Shown: in pieces, positions 37,701 through 51,094 of the stretch | Layout: each line of letters starts with the position of its first letter | Position numbering within the stretch: the first letter of the stretch is position 1 | Origin: Vicugna vicugna | Lineage: Eukaryota | NCBI GenBank assembly: GCA_013265495.1 | Contig: MU057865.1 | Coordinates: 1,178,001 to 1,242,000 of the forward strand | Length of the DNA stretch: 64,000 bases | Direction of reading: 5' to 3' | Made by a program: the position numbers and the translations under genes | Notes under the pieces: model-generated | The model's input: the letters and a program-made list of their open reading frames with translations, nothing else | What the model was told of the DNA's origin: nothing | The model's database searches: none

Positions 37701-40352
37701 AGATCTCACTGGCATGAATGTTACTGTTACATTTTGCCTGAGATACATTATAGGTGAGCTCCTGTAACACTGAGGACAAAATAATGCTTGCAAATCCTCC
37801 CGATTTTCTCTCTGTTGTTTAAAACTCAGGTTCAGTTCACAATACATTGTCTTTGGTAATTGTCTCTACATCCATCTGCATACCTAATTCTACATCATGT
37901 CAACCCCTGCTCATACACATTTCTATTCTAGACACAGATTTTAAAACAGATACACACAAACATACCACATACTGGATGGTGACATGTGGCATTTTGACTT
38001 CTTTTTGTCTATTAGCTATTTTTTCCTACAGTGAACACATGATAACATACATTGTTTAAATAATGCAAACACAGGGAAAATGCTTTTGAATTCTTTTCTT
38101 CCTCCCCAGTCTTACTTGTTAATTCCTTTTTTTTTAATCATTTTTTTTAGCCACATCATTGTAGGAGCTCCCTTGGTGACTAATTTCCATGCAGTAAGTT
38201 TTGTGGGAACTCCTAGCTGCAAGTTTATGTAACTCCATAGTCCTGGAGAACGTGGGCCACAGGTGCACACTTTGCGTAAACTTTCACACAATTACAGCAC
38301 AAGCTACTATATCTGTGTGTCTCTCTGCCCCTCTCCTCCCTATGAATGAACTAAATGAAAGAAAGTGGAAAACATTTTACTATCAAGTTACATTGTTTTT
38401 CCAAAAAGACTGTAGATGACAGAGTATAAGTAAATCCACAGCTTTACCCTTAAATTGAATTTCATTTTTGAAGTTTATCTTTTTTTTTTAAAGTGGAAAA
38501 TTGCCATCTAAGAGAAGGTGAATGGTAATAATTCACTTTTCGTAACCGTGTTTAAATTCATTTGAAAATAAAATGAAACAGAGTTCGAAAGAATTATATC
38601 CCGTGAATGTTGAAGAAAGGAATGATCGACATTTCACTCCTTTTTTCCTTATATAAACCGCCTGTTGTACCGCAGAATGTCAGTGTCTGGCATGCGTTCC
38701 TGCCAAAATGCAGAACAGATGTAGGAGGGCACCTTGGGAGCCATACATTATGAAGTATGGCTGAAGAACGATTTCACACCTCTCCCAGCCCTGTCTTCAC
38801 CTGTTTATGCAGGAAACAGACCTGTGGATTTTAGATCATCTGGTTCTACGCCAGTGGATTCCCAGAGGCTCCAGGCAACTGCTTTCTCATTTGAAGTTCT
38901 GTTGTTTTCCTCCCAGTTTTTGGCTGACAGTTGCTCAGGTCTGGCTGCTGGCGGGATGTCAGAGGCCTCTTTGCCACAGGTTGCTTCAGTTTAAGAAGTT
39001 GGAAACAGGGCAGATTTCTAGGAATGAGTATTGGAAATGTGGGTGGTGGTATTTCCACGATGAGGAGAGATGTCTATGTAGGTACCTTCGGAAAGACAAG
39101 CTGATGTTTGGTTCTTCCTGGTTCCCACTTGTCACCATGAGCCCGTGAATGCGGGGACAGAAACGTGCAAACTCAAGGCAAATGTCCATACCCATCAATT
39201 AACAAACCCATACAGAGGAACAACATGTAAACAGTGTCCTGTAACTAATGATTTTCATGTGATGTTCTCAGCAAAGTAATCAAATGCCCCAGCAACATCA
39301 GGCCATATGTGTTAAGTTATAATATGAATTGTGTTAAAGTCAAATAATTAAAAGAGAATTAGCCATGAACTCCCATGAGGCAGAAAACTCAAACTTTGAC
39401 GCTTTATGGATTAGAATGAATAGAGGCTGACAATAAGCTATAAAGAGATGGAAGCCAAAATTCAACATTTCTCTCCCCTGCATTTTTCTTGGCATAGGGA
39501 ACACTGCAGGTGCTTTCCCAAGGGTGTGACACAATTACTGCCATAAGGCTCTGTTAGCTCACTTTTGGGGTCTCGTTCCAGAAATGCTCACACAGGTGAT
39601 GTGAACTTGGTTGGGGGAAAAAAAAAAGTCCACAGTCATTTTTACAGACTCTCTTTGGCTGAAAGGGATCTGAATGATGAGACATCTGTGTGATGTTTCT
39701 CTCTTTGCATCCCAATGGAGTTAGAATATCTTCAAGAAAACCAATCAAATGCTGCCAGATATTTACAGATAAGGCTCTGAGTGTGACCCTGAACTATGTG
39801 TCAGTCTATCCTGTATGTGCATCAGGCTTTAAAGGACATGGCACGGGTGAGGGCTGGGAAACTGAAGACAAGGTGTCTCATAAAAAGCTTAATTCTTTTT
39901 TTAGTTGTTGATAATTATGCAGGGACGCCAAATTGATGAAGTGTCAGTAGCTTACAAGGATAAACTCAGAGATCTTCTAAGCCCAAAGGTTAAGACTCTG
40001 AGCCACCTTGATGGTGTTCTTTTGCCCTCTTTCCCTTTGTCACATGGATACCTGTCTAAGGGAAAGTGGCGTGGGAAGTTACAGTGATGCTGGCGCTTCC
40101 AACACTGTTGGGTACCACTCCCTCAGCTTGACGCAGGATTGGTTTTAAAACTTTGCCACATTCCTCAAACATTGGAGGTAATCCCTCAGCATAACAAAAT
40201 ATTAATATTCTGAGGCCATGGATTTTTTTTTAAGGTAACAGAGGTGTGTTAGGTCCCAGCTACCTTTAAAATGTGAGCATCTTCAGAATGTGTTGGGTAC
40301 CTAGGAGTGAAACATTGCACCAGTCACTAAAAGAACACCAAGCAGTGTAGAC

Positions 40353-40573
40353 TACAGACAAGCAAACATTTTTTTTTTTCTGTAAAGGGCCAGGAAGTAA
40401 ATATTTCAGCTTTTCAGGCCATGCAGCTTCTGGGATATTCAACTCTGCTGTTGTAGCAAAAGGGCGGCCACAGATAATACACAACAAATGTCTGTGTCTC
40501 AATTCCAATTCAACGTTGTTTACAAAAAGTGACGAACTGGACTGGCATGTGGTCTGTAGTTGGTTGATTCCTG
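40353..40573 (-). mobile_element. MER58A-like hAT-Charlie MITE with 8-bp TSD
   Basis: TTTTCTGTAAAGGGCCAGGAAGTAAATATTT...CAACTCTGCTGTTGTAGCAAAAG...GTTGGTTGATTCCTG. TSD: GTGTAGAC (40345-40352) and CTCTAGAC (40574-40581). Confidence 0.85.
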
Positions 40574-40585
40574 CTCTAGACTTCT

Positions 40586-41200
40586 TCTTCTTCCTTTTTT
40601 TTTTTAATTGAAATTTAGTCCGTTTACAATGTTGTGTCAATTTCTAATGTACAGCATAATAGTTCAGTCATACATGTACATGCATATATTAGTTTTCATA
40701 TTCTTTTTCATTTTAGGCTGCTACAAGATATTGAATATAGTTCCCGGTGCTATGCAATAGCAACTTGTCATTTATCTATTTCATGTAGAGTAATCAATAT
40801 CTGCAAATCTTAAGCTCCCAATTTATCCCTTCCCACCCTCTTCCCCCCTGGTAACCATAAATTTGTTTTCTATGTCCGTGAGTCTGTCTCTGTTTTGTAA
40901 ATAAGTTCATTTGCCTTTTTCTAAGATTCCACATATGAGTGATATCATATGGTATTTTTCTTTCTCCTTCTGGCTTACTTTGACAAAGGAGGCAAGAATA
41001 TACAACGGAGTAAAGACAGTGTCTTCAGCAAATGGTGTTGGGAAAACTGGACAGCTGCATGGAAATCAATGAAGTTAGAACACTCCCTCACACAGTACAC
41101 AAAAGTAAACTCAAAATGGCTTAAAGACTTAAACAGACGACAAGACATTATAAAGCTCTTAGAAGAAAACAGAGGCAAAACATTTTCTGACATAAATCTG
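40586..41200 (-). mobile_element. 5'-inverted (twin-primed) L1 insertion
   Basis: Minus-strand poly(A)/3' UTR/ORF2 end at 40595-40980 is fused to a plus-strand ORF2 piece at 40978-41199 (FDKGGKNIQ...KWCWENW...KWLKDLN...LLEEN). Candidate TSD: CTG(C/A)TCTAGAC(T/C)TCT at 40571 and 41198. Confidence 0.9.
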
Positions 41201-43753
41201 ATCTAGACCTCTGCCCACAGGAAGTTCACAGTCCAGTCAGGCAGATAAGAAAGCAATAAAGAGACAATTAAAGGTAATAACTTGAGAAACACCAAATCAG
41301 CAGTGGAGATAATAAGATATGCACAAGTTCAGAGGAGCAAGTGATACTTGAGAATAATAATTATATTTTACATGAGCCTTGGATAAAATCGCTGGTGTTC
41401 TTTCAAATTCTGCAATCTAAAATGTAGGATCATTATCGGTCCTTCTCTTTAAGTAGATTTTCATTCCTGGTAAGTGTACCTCACGAGAGTACATTTCTAT
41501 TAAAAGAGGTGGGCGGAAAAGGTCCAGAAGAGAAGGATGGAAAATCAAGGACTTCTGAAATTTAAGTGGGTGATTAAATAGACTTGAAAGTACCATAATA
41601 TGAAGTTTGTGCAATCACCGCCTTCTCTATTTGACTCATTCCAGATCAGGGCCCGCGAGCCTTAGAGTTTGATGACTGTGTCATTTAAGAAAAACACGCC
41701 TGGCAATTCTTGGAAATATGTTGGCATTCTGTTTTCATTACCGGCGAATATGGAGCTCCTTTCGTACTAAAAATCAGACTTATAACTCCCAGCAAATATT
41801 GTGGCCAGCACATTTATTTTTGATAAAAATGAATGTCAATTTAATTGCAAATGAGGCACTCTCCTCAGACTCATGGCAAATTGCAACCCTGGCCCTCCGT
41901 GCTGAAAGTTTGGGTTTTTGGGGCTGGATTTTCCTGACCTGGTTTAGGAAATAATGTTCTGAGTTTCGCCCAGCAATATTTAAAACGGCATCTTGTGCAG
42001 ATGGTTTTATGGAGATGTGAATGAAAATGAGTTGAAGGTGTCTCAGAGCAGCTGTAGTCTCTCATTCAGAGCAACCAAAGACATCAGAGACACTGCATGA
42101 AAACAGAGGACTTGGCCATCGTCCTTATCGGGGAGCTAAATTTCCCATCAGTGGAAAGAGCTTTTCCTTTTAATGTGATCAAGATGGGTCCCTTAGGGTC
42201 AAAGTTGAAGTACGTTAGCGAAGAGATTAAAATGTGCCTTCTGCACATTTATACGTAACCTGACCACAAAAGAGTTAGAAGATTTTAGACTATGGCGAGC
42301 TGACTCATTCTAATTCTCTCTCTCTCTCTCTCTCCATGAACACCGAATTTATCATTTAAATGTTAAAAAGGGAAACCAGATGCTACAGTTATTAACTTTT
42401 GGAATCAACTATAATCTTCCTATTAAATTCTTTCATCCAGGTACGGGCAATTATTTGCTTGATCTAAAGGTGCAGAAAATGCAGGCACACAGGGTTTCAG
42501 AAAGTCCAGTTTAATAAGACAGGTGGGTAACTAATAACGTGGAAAATTACCTGCAGATTGAGGATATTGGGAATGACTAATGGCCAAAACTAAGCGAGTA
42601 AATTAGTTGCAAAATGATACCATTTGCAGTAGTTGTGTGAACGGGGGACGGGAAAGCACAGTGGCATGTGGCAGCGAGCGGAGCTGAGCAGAGTTTGAAT
42701 GTGGCCCAGACTCAGGAAAACATGCCATCAACTTCTGCCTCCCCCCGCCCCCACCCCTGCCCTGTGGCTGCCTCGGGCCTCCATTTATTTATTGATTTTT
42801 GCTCATCTGTGCTGTGAGAGTAGAGTTTAACAGTGCCGGCTGTGGAGTTTAGTTAGCTTTATGAAGTCTACCTCAAGGTCACCACCAAGGTCAAAACCAT
42901 CAGTAACAAAACTTCACAAAACAAAAACTTGCTTCACAAGCCCAGTGGATTTCAGACACTCAAATAATGGTCCAAACTTATAGAAAAGGGCACAGCTTGT
43001 GCTTTGGAACCATCCAAATTTAAGGTTGATTGTTACTAACTGGGAATATGTTGGTTTTAGCCTCCAAGACAAGGCTGTTGAGCAACTACACCACACACAC
43101 ACACACACACATTTTTCTTTAAGATGTTTCAAAATGGCAAGGAGTGTCGTGTAATTGGTGGATTTGTTTTATGTGTTGGTGTTTCTCTTCTCCTCAAAGA
43201 ATTTTTAATAAATTGATGGTGTGTCTTCAATTCTGTGGTAACTTCAGATGGGAAATGTACGTATCTTATAGACATCAGATGCATTTTAGAGCAGACTCAT
43301 TGAGCTACCCATTTTTCCTTCTTCCAGACTGCCTTTGAGATCCCATCCAGAACCATAGTTCAAAGGTGGTAACACATAGCATCTTGGTCCAACGTCTGAA
43401 CTCACCTCAATGACAATAGAATGCCAACTGAGGCAACTTTAATTGATAAAATATTATTATTATCTATTCTAAAAACTGTATAAATACAAGAAGTTCTTCT
43501 CAGATCTGATGTTCTTGCTGCTGAAGTGTTGTGAATTCGAAGAGAAGACTAATAAAAAGGGTTTGTATGTTGTTCAGGAGATGTAGTTGGTATGAGGTTT
43601 CCATGCATACTCAGAGGATGGCACAGCTTTAACTCCCAGCCTGTACCAAGGAAGGGAGCACCTTTCATAGCAGCTTGTCCAAATATAGGGCATAAGGGGA
43701 AAAAGGAAGGGTGAGGCGTAATAGCTTGACAGACAAACATCAAAAATTGAAGT

Positions 43754-43792
43754 CTGGTTCAATCCCAGTACTTCCATTTAAAAAAAAAAAAA
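43754..43792 (+). mobile_element. 5'-truncated tRNA-derived SINE fragment
   Basis: B-box end CTGGTTCAATCCCAGTACTTCCA followed by an A13 run. Confidence 0.65.
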
Positions 43793-44391
43793 GAATATAC
43801 CAGGCTGAAAAACAAATAAAAAAGCATCAATTAAAAATAGTAGAGTCTGACTCTTTACTTCAGAGACATAGCCATCTGGAGTGACATATCAAAGGTGGGA
43901 GGCTGGTGGGGAAAGAGGTTCATTCCAGTGGGGAGAAGCATTTTGCCACTGACATTGTTTAAAATTTCTGGTGCATGGTGATGACGAAAAGCATATCAAT
44001 TTTTAAATAAGCTCTTATTATTAAGAAAAAGAAATTTTTCTAGCGAAAGGGTACCCCCTTCTGTCTTCACTGCTCCCACAGCATCCTCTTGCCACAACTC
44101 TGGTATATTTGTCTGGTTTACAAAAATATTTTTCCATTGTGTCTGAGGCTGGGCACTCAGACTAGATCCCTGAGGTGGTTTGGGACCTGGAGGGACAGAG
44201 GGGCGTGCGGTAATATTGAGGGAAGCTTCTGAAATAGATGTTGCAGACTCTGACAAAAGCATTCGTCTTCCATTCATGCAGAAGTAGTGTCCCTCACTTC
44301 CAGAGGCTAACAGAACTTTCTTCTTATCTCACAGATATTGTCAAACCTAGATTATATGATAGTTATTTTTGTGCATTTTAATTTTTCTGTA

Positions 44392-44816
44392 GATGTTTTA
44401 TTTGGGGATAATTTCGATCTCTAGAAGAGTTGCAAAAATAGTGCAGAAAGTTCCTATATAACCTCACTCAATTTCCCCTAGTGTCAATATTTGACATTGC
44501 CAAGGTATTTTGTCAAGACAAGGAAGCCATTATTGGTATATTAAATTTCCAGACTCTATTTGATTTCACCAGATTTTTCACTAGTACATGACATTTATTT
44601 ATCCTATGTTTTTAGTCTCCTCTGGTCTGTGACAGTGTCTCAGTCTTTTCTTGTTTTTCATCACCTGGGCAACATGAGGTGATGCACTGGTCAGATTCTT
44701 TAGAGAATGCCCTTCAATTTGCATTTGACATTGTGCTCATGGTTAAGCTGGAGTCGTGGATTTGGGGTAGGGACACGACAGAGGTGAAGTCCCTTTTTTA
44801 TCATGTCACATCAGGA
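44392..44816 (-). mobile_element. Old L1 (L1MC/L1MD-like) 3' end, inserted into an L2 tail
   Basis: AGAAGAGTTGCAAAAATAGTGCAGAAAGTTCC...TTTAGTCTCCTCTGGTCTGTGACAG...ACAGAGGTGAAGT. L2 tail resumes to GTGGGTGCTCAATACGTGTTTACTGAAT (~44970). Confidence 0.8.
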
Positions 44817-47151
44817 GAGGCTAGTTTTTGTTTGTTTGTCTTAATATCTCTTCTACTAGACTATACAGAAGCTCGTTGAGGTGAGAACTTGTGGCTTTTT
44901 CTCTTTTGTATTCTTCTCTGGTTACTAAAATGTTTTCCAGATAGTGGGTGCTCAATACGTGTTTACTGAATTACATTTGAAAAATGAGTAAATTCTCACA
45001 GTAGTTCCTATTTGGAGAAAAGGGTAGGGAGTATAAAATTTTAAATTAGAGTCAAGAAAAAGGAGACCCAAGTCTTAAGGTTGGTAATCAGCTAGGTAGG
45101 GCAAGAAAACAGGATTTTGTAACTTTCATGTTTATACCAGGATCATCGAATCAAACTGCTTTCGCTTGGTATGTGGCATGCTTAAGTTCCTCAAATCCCA
45201 GAGTTGGCTTTTAGAAAATAATTGATTTGTGTTCTGTTTGATGAAACCCCCAAAGTTTGGGGGAGTTAACCCTCAGGACAATTTTAAAAGTTAGGGAAAA
45301 TAGTGTATTATTAGCTGCTATGGTGTACTGCTCAGATACACTCTGTTAAAGTTGGCTTTAGGATACGGCATTCAGTGAGGATTTCAGGAATTCTCCTGGT
45401 CTAGGAAGAGTAGATGTTTGTGGCTCCTAAATCTTTTAACTTCTTCTGAGTGTTAGCTGTTAAGTTTCCAGTGTTTCTGTTCTGAATGTTAGCTGTTTCA
45501 TCAGCTTACGGATTGTTTGCCCAGGCTCAGGATTAAAACTGAAGACACGTCACATCGCCTGAGGGATTCAGAATTTGGGGTTTCAGCACTGACTTCTTTA
45601 GTCCTTAGCATAGCAATTTTCCCTGCCAACCAGACTTTTATATATGGATCTTCTTTGAACCCATCTGATTATGAACCAAGAAGCTAAAATAAAAGCCTCT
45701 CTCATTCGAGAGGCAGACACACGGACAAGAAACGCTGCCGTGAACGTGCATTTCTTGAGATACTTGCTCTGATTCCCTGAAGTCCTATAACCTTCCCTGA
45801 CATCAGTGAAAATTATTAGTTTTGTTCTGTGCTGCCGTGTGTCATGGTTACCTCTAATTGAAATGGAGGTGTTCCGAATAGCACAATCAGTTAAGAATCT
45901 TGCCAAGTGCCTCATTTGGATAATTTATGGTAGGACTCAAGGCTGATGAGTTCAGAGCCCATGAGTCCCCAGAGCGCTTAATCTTTGATCGTATTTTGTA
46001 GGGGGACAATGCTTGATGAGAGTGGAGTTTGAAAATATAACTGCTCCCTGCAAATGTATTTATCAAATACCAGTGTTCCCAGCAAAGTGATTGGAGATGG
46101 GGATTACTGATCACTGCAAATGAACCACAAGGAGTATCTTAATTTGAAGAAAGTACAGGCCTGATACTTTTTAATAAATTCTCAATATTGAATCAAATGT
46201 GCCACAGCTCTCAAGTTTAAATGACTTTTTTCATTAGAGACAAGTAGAAAGTTGGAAAGGGGCTAAGAAAGCAATGAAGGAATTAACATCTTTGGAAGAG
46301 ATTCTGCTGAGAAGTGGCAATGATAATGGTTAAAAAAAAAAAAAGTCATTCTGGATCAGCTTTGGGACACATTCCAGCCCCGTGTTCCATGTGTTACACC
46401 CAGAGTCTTCTTTAGTGGGGTTCCCCAAGCCCAGGAAATTGGCAACACAACCCATCAGAGCATGAAAATTAGTTATTAAAACATGATAGTTTATTTTTTA
46501 TCTCACTGTATTTTAGGGAAATCTCTTTTTAATGTATGCAATGTTTTATAGGAAAATTTATACACATAAATAGATAAATAAGAGTACATATGTTGGAAGT
46601 GCATACTGTAATTTTTAAAAATTGAGATATGAGTGTGATGAGAGTAATTTGGTGAACACTGTTGGACCATTCTGGCATGATTTGTGATAGTGTGAAGCTG
46701 TTCTTTAAAATGGAAATATCTTACAAGTATTTCTCTTTTCTTTCATTTTTCTCTGGATGTTTACTCTCTGTGGAATGCCTGAAAATTATCTAAATCTATG
46801 TGGTTAGCTTGTATTACTTCTGGAACTGAGCTTCAAATGCTTGAAAAGTAGTATTTCTATCATTTATTATATTTTTATTTCACAATTTATTGACTGGGAG
46901 TGTTTTTCCTCATTCTAGTGCTTTGCTTTGATTCAACCTTTTGAACTTCTTTTTTCTATGACTTTTATAATTTTATAAATAATGAACATAAATACTTTTT
47001 AAGGAGAATTAGTCTTCATACATTCAACTGTTTCTTCATTTAATCTTGGACACTTTCCATTGTTTGAACCTTCCTGAGATAGTTTGACCAGAATGCTTTG
47101 CAGTGTTAGAGATATAAGCACATTTAAAACATTGGCCAGTCACTGGGATGC

Positions 47152-48009
47152 TGTTTTGTCCTGCGTGGCTGCGACAGCAAGGTGCCATAGGCTAGGGAGC
47201 TTACAAATGTGAATGGAAAATATTGCCAACAAAAGATGCTGAGACCATCAAGTCATCGGCCACTACTGCCACCCCTGACAAAGAGCAGAGGGAAGTCAGG
47301 CTGCAGACAAGCAGGCAGCCCAGCCTCTGCTGCCACTGTCAAGGGTGCGTTCTAAGGGAACTCAGGGTGTGGAAGAAATGGATACTGGCTGTAAAAGCTA
47401 GGTTCATATCAAAGGAATGATTTCAGTGAGCCCAGATCTTTGCGCCTTCCCATACATAGAAAAGCACTAAAGTCCTTAATTTGAGATATCTGTTTTCTTT
47501 AATTAATAGTAATCTTTTGATGTTACAACTACCTGGTCCTTTTTGCAAAAACTCTTAGGTATCCTGGCTTCTCCCTTGCCTAGGCGGAACTGTCTCTTAC
47601 AGTGATCTGAGAGGCTGCCTCCTGGGCTCGAGTCCTTAGAAAGTCCACCAAATGAAACATACCTCTCAACTTGTAGGTTGTGCATTTTATTTCAGTCAAT
47701 ACAAACAACAGAAATTTATTGTACAGTTCTGAAAGCTGGATGTCTGAGGTCAAGGTGCTTGTATGGTCAAGTTCTAGTGAGATCAGTCTTTCAGGTTCTC
47801 ATGATATCCTCACATACTAGAAAGCAGAGACTGGGGAAGCGAGCTTTTTTGTGTCTTACAAGGGCACAAATCTCAATCATGAGGGCTCCATTCATAGTCC
47901 CATCTAATCCTTATACCCCTCAACGGCCCCACATCCTAACAGCATCATGTAGGGACGGTAGGGTTCCAATAAATTAATTTTGGGGGACACAAATATTTAG
48001 TCCTTAACA
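47152..48009 (-). mobile_element. MLT1A-type MaLR solo LTR, split by a younger LTR
   Basis: GGCTGCGACAGCAAGGTGCCATAGGCTAGG..[insert]..CAACAGAAATTTATT..CAGTTCTG..ATCATGAGGGCTCCA..GAATTTTGGGGGACACAAA-like end..CTTAACA. Confidence 0.85.
47208..47701 (+). mobile_element. ERV1-class solo LTR (494 bp) with 4-bp TSD CAAA
   Basis: Imperfect inverted termini TGTGAATGGAAAA...TTTCAGTCAATA. CAAA is duplicated at 47204-47207 and 47702-47705. It interrupts a contiguous MLT1A. Confidence 0.85.
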
Positions 48010-48029
48010 TATAGGGAACAAATAAGGAG

Positions 48030-48500
48030 AATAGAGTGTTTTCTTTTCAGACCGAGTAGAGTTTGAAGGGTCTAGAATATTCACATGGGAAGAGTCCATT
48101 GGAAGTTGGATCCATGTGTGATTGGATTTCAGAAAAGATATTTAAGAAATAGGAAAGGTAACAATTCACTCAATGGAAGCAGAGTTGAGGTTATCCAGGG
48201 AAAGGATTTAGGCAGGGGAAGAGAAACTATCATACAAACAATAAGCAAATAAAGGAAACAGAAGTAGAGCCAGAGAAATAGAGGGAAGTAGATAAAAACA
48301 GTGTGGAGACATAGACGTGAGGATAGAAAAATCTTTCAAGAGAAAGAAAGTTGTCAATGATGTCAAGTGATAAAGAAGACAAGAAAGATAATTCTATTGG
48401 ATTTACTAAATACAAAACCATTGAAATATTTTGTGAAAGTGATTTTTGTGGAGTCCTGGAGTTAAACACCATGTTGTTTGAGCCATGAATGGGATCCCAG
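48030..48500 (-). mobile_element. Degraded L2 fragment
   Basis: Purine-rich with L2-like motifs (GAGTTTGAAGGG, GTCCATTGGAAGTTGGAT, TCTATTGGATTTACTAA). Boundaries approximate. Confidence 0.45.
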
Positions 48501-49700
48501 GCAAAGAGTAAAGGCTGCTGCATCAAGAAACGTGTCTGGGTTACGTTATTTGATTCATTTCAATGCTGACAGCAGGCACCTGCAGATAAGATGCTAAAGA
48601 TAAAGAGGGTGCAGGACTGAAGGAAGGGTTCTCTAAAACAAGAGTTAACTTCTGGAGAAAGTTTTTTTCTTTCTGCAGAAAAGAGAGAGATGCATATTTG
48701 GATAAGTTATACCCTAATCATTGACTGGCTTAAATACAAAAGCAGTATCATTACTTGCTTGGCTTGGTTAGAATGTGACCATTGCTTTGAGCTGCCTCAA
48801 GAACTCACTTCCACAGGGGACTCAACTTGAGAAATCATGAGTGTCAGGAAGAAAATGAAAAGGCCAACAGAAGGGTAAACGCACGTACACACACACACAG
48901 AGCAGACGAAACACTGTTCACATGAACACACACACAGGAGACCCATAATCTTATACATTTCTAAGCAGAGGAGTAAATGATGAACATATGAACAAGATGA
49001 TCAACTATCCAAAGACAGTACACAGCTGCTCCCAACTTCAAGACAACCAATCTGTTTGGTGTGGAAACATCCATTACCCTGTGTGTCTGGCAACTTACAG
49101 ACAAAGACACAACGGTCTGACAAAGTTGGACTTTTCACTTTACCATTGATGGGGTGGTTGTCCTGTAGACTCAGATGAAAGTACTCATTTTATTAAACCA
49201 AGACTTCTTCCCAACCCCCGGCACACCAATCTCCACATTTTTCTTTTCCTCATGTTAAAGGCTTCATAAAGAGCCAATTTATCAGCTACCCAAGTAAGGG
49301 TGGTGGAAGTCATAGGGAAAGAATTGTCTTTTGCTTTTTGGCATGAGTACCCTTTGGAATTCACAACAGTATGTGAGCAGGCTCACAGCATTTCAATATA
49401 ACATCAGAGCATGAAAGAGAAAAGGCAGTGATCACCCTGAGAGCAATGCTATTGAGAGTAACTGGAAAAAAATTCATCTTCTTCATGGTAAGATTCACAA
49501 AATAATTCCATGGCAGAAAAGTCAAGGTAAATAGTCACTCCAAGTTTCCTAGAAACTGCAGGAGGCTAAAACCTTCAGTATTTCTATTTTAGTATTTATC
49601 TCATGCTTTCATAAATTAGTTTCATCAACTTCACTTCCCAAAGGGTCACTATTTGAGAAAATTGTGCAGGGACCATGCTCTTATGCTGATGTGGAATAAA

Positions 49701-49825
49701 TCTTTCTTTCCTTTCTTTTCTTTCCTTCTTTCTTTCCTTTCTTTCTTTCTCTCTCTTTCTTTTCTTTCTTTCTCTCTTTCCTTCCTTCCTTCCTTCCTTC
49801 CTTCCTTCCTTCCTTCCTTCCTTCC
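49701..49825. repeat. Pure polypyrimidine microsatellite (CTTT)n/(CCTT)n
   Basis: Read directly: about 125 nt of C/T only. Confidence 0.95.
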
Positions 49826-50549
49826 ATTCTGTAAGGAGACAAATATCCCCATCAGCTCTTTGGAACAGATGAAATCTGGCTTCTCCGTGTGTGTCCTGCT
49901 TCCCTCATGCAGAGGTCAGGTCACCCATGTCCTGTGGGGAAATACACAATATTCAGCTGTGTAGTTTGTGAAGAAAGTAAAAGTAACACCTGTGAGGCAA
50001 ATACCAGAGTGGAAGGACAGTGGCTAAACCACGAAAGAAATAAACTTGAATATTGAAAATATTGTGATTTTTCAGGATCCAAAGGCACAAAACTCCTGTG
50101 AGTGTCTAATTTCTGCTTTCAAGAAGAGGTACAAAGAAACAAAGTATTTAGATGGCGTTTCCTTTGAATTTATTCAAGGGAGCAAAATTGTCAATTGTTT
50201 ATCAATGTAAAACTCAAACAATGAGCCTATTTTGTATTAAATCTAGTGTGTCTGGGGTATATCTGTGAGGGTGTGTGTGTGTATGTAGAGGCTATTCTTC
50301 ATCTTAAAAGTCTTAAGTCAGTGCAGTTTGATGTTAGCCAGATTTTGAAAAGGAATAATGAAACAGCAACGAAGAATGAAGTTGACTGTAGCCTTTTCTT
50401 TGCAAGGAATCAGCAATGACTGGGGGAGAAAAGAAACCACAGAGACAGCCATAAGGCAGCAGTCGAAAAACTTAAGAACAAATTTTGATGCATTATTTCT
50501 CTGGATTACAGTTGGTTACATCATGGTTTTGAGGTAAATTTAAGATTGC

Positions 50550-50755
50550 AGGTTAGATAAAATCCAGTATTTGAATTGTGCCTTCTTACTATTAGTGTAA
50601 TCATGAGCAAGCTACTTTATCTCTATGAACCACAGTTTCCTTATCAATAAAATTGAGATGATAAAATCTACCTTATTGAGTTGCCAAGAAGGTCAAATAA
50701 AATAAAGCTTGTGAAAATCCCTTACAAATTATAAGAAGTTATACAAATATTAAGA
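50550..50755 (+). mobile_element. MIR-family SINE
   Basis: TGAGCAAGCTACTTTATCTCTATGAACCACAGTTTCCTTATCAATAAAATTGAGATGATAAAATCTACCT. Confidence 0.7.
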
Positions 50756-50984
50756 ATATAACATGTTGAAAATCTTCAACTATATATATAATCTTTAAGA
50801 TTTTTCTCACATTTATTTATAAAAGAGACATATATGGATATATATGGATGACTCAATTCCCCAACTACTGTATTATCAGAAAGTCCAGCATCTCCGTCAA
50901 CTATTGAACAACACCCAGTTCAACACATGGTCCTAAAAGGGGGCTGTTTTTCACTTTATAATTAGGAAAAAGTTGGGATTTGAC

Positions 50985-51094
50985 CAGTCCACTGCTGGCT
51001 TCTCAATAAAGTCGCTATTCTTTGCCCTAACAACTTGCTTCTTGACTTATTGGCCTGTTGTGCAGTGAGCAGTATGAGCTTGGACTTGGTAACA
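50985..51094 (+). mobile_element. 3' fragment (R/U5) of an ERV1-class LTR
   Basis: AATAAAGTCGCTATTC...TTATTGGCCTGTTGTGCAGTGAGCAG...GAGCTTGGACTTGGTAACA terminus. Confidence 0.65.

Noticed and set aside
49649..49964. Low-complexity ORFs (SFLP / KEGR repeats)
   Set aside because: These are translations of the CT microsatellite.
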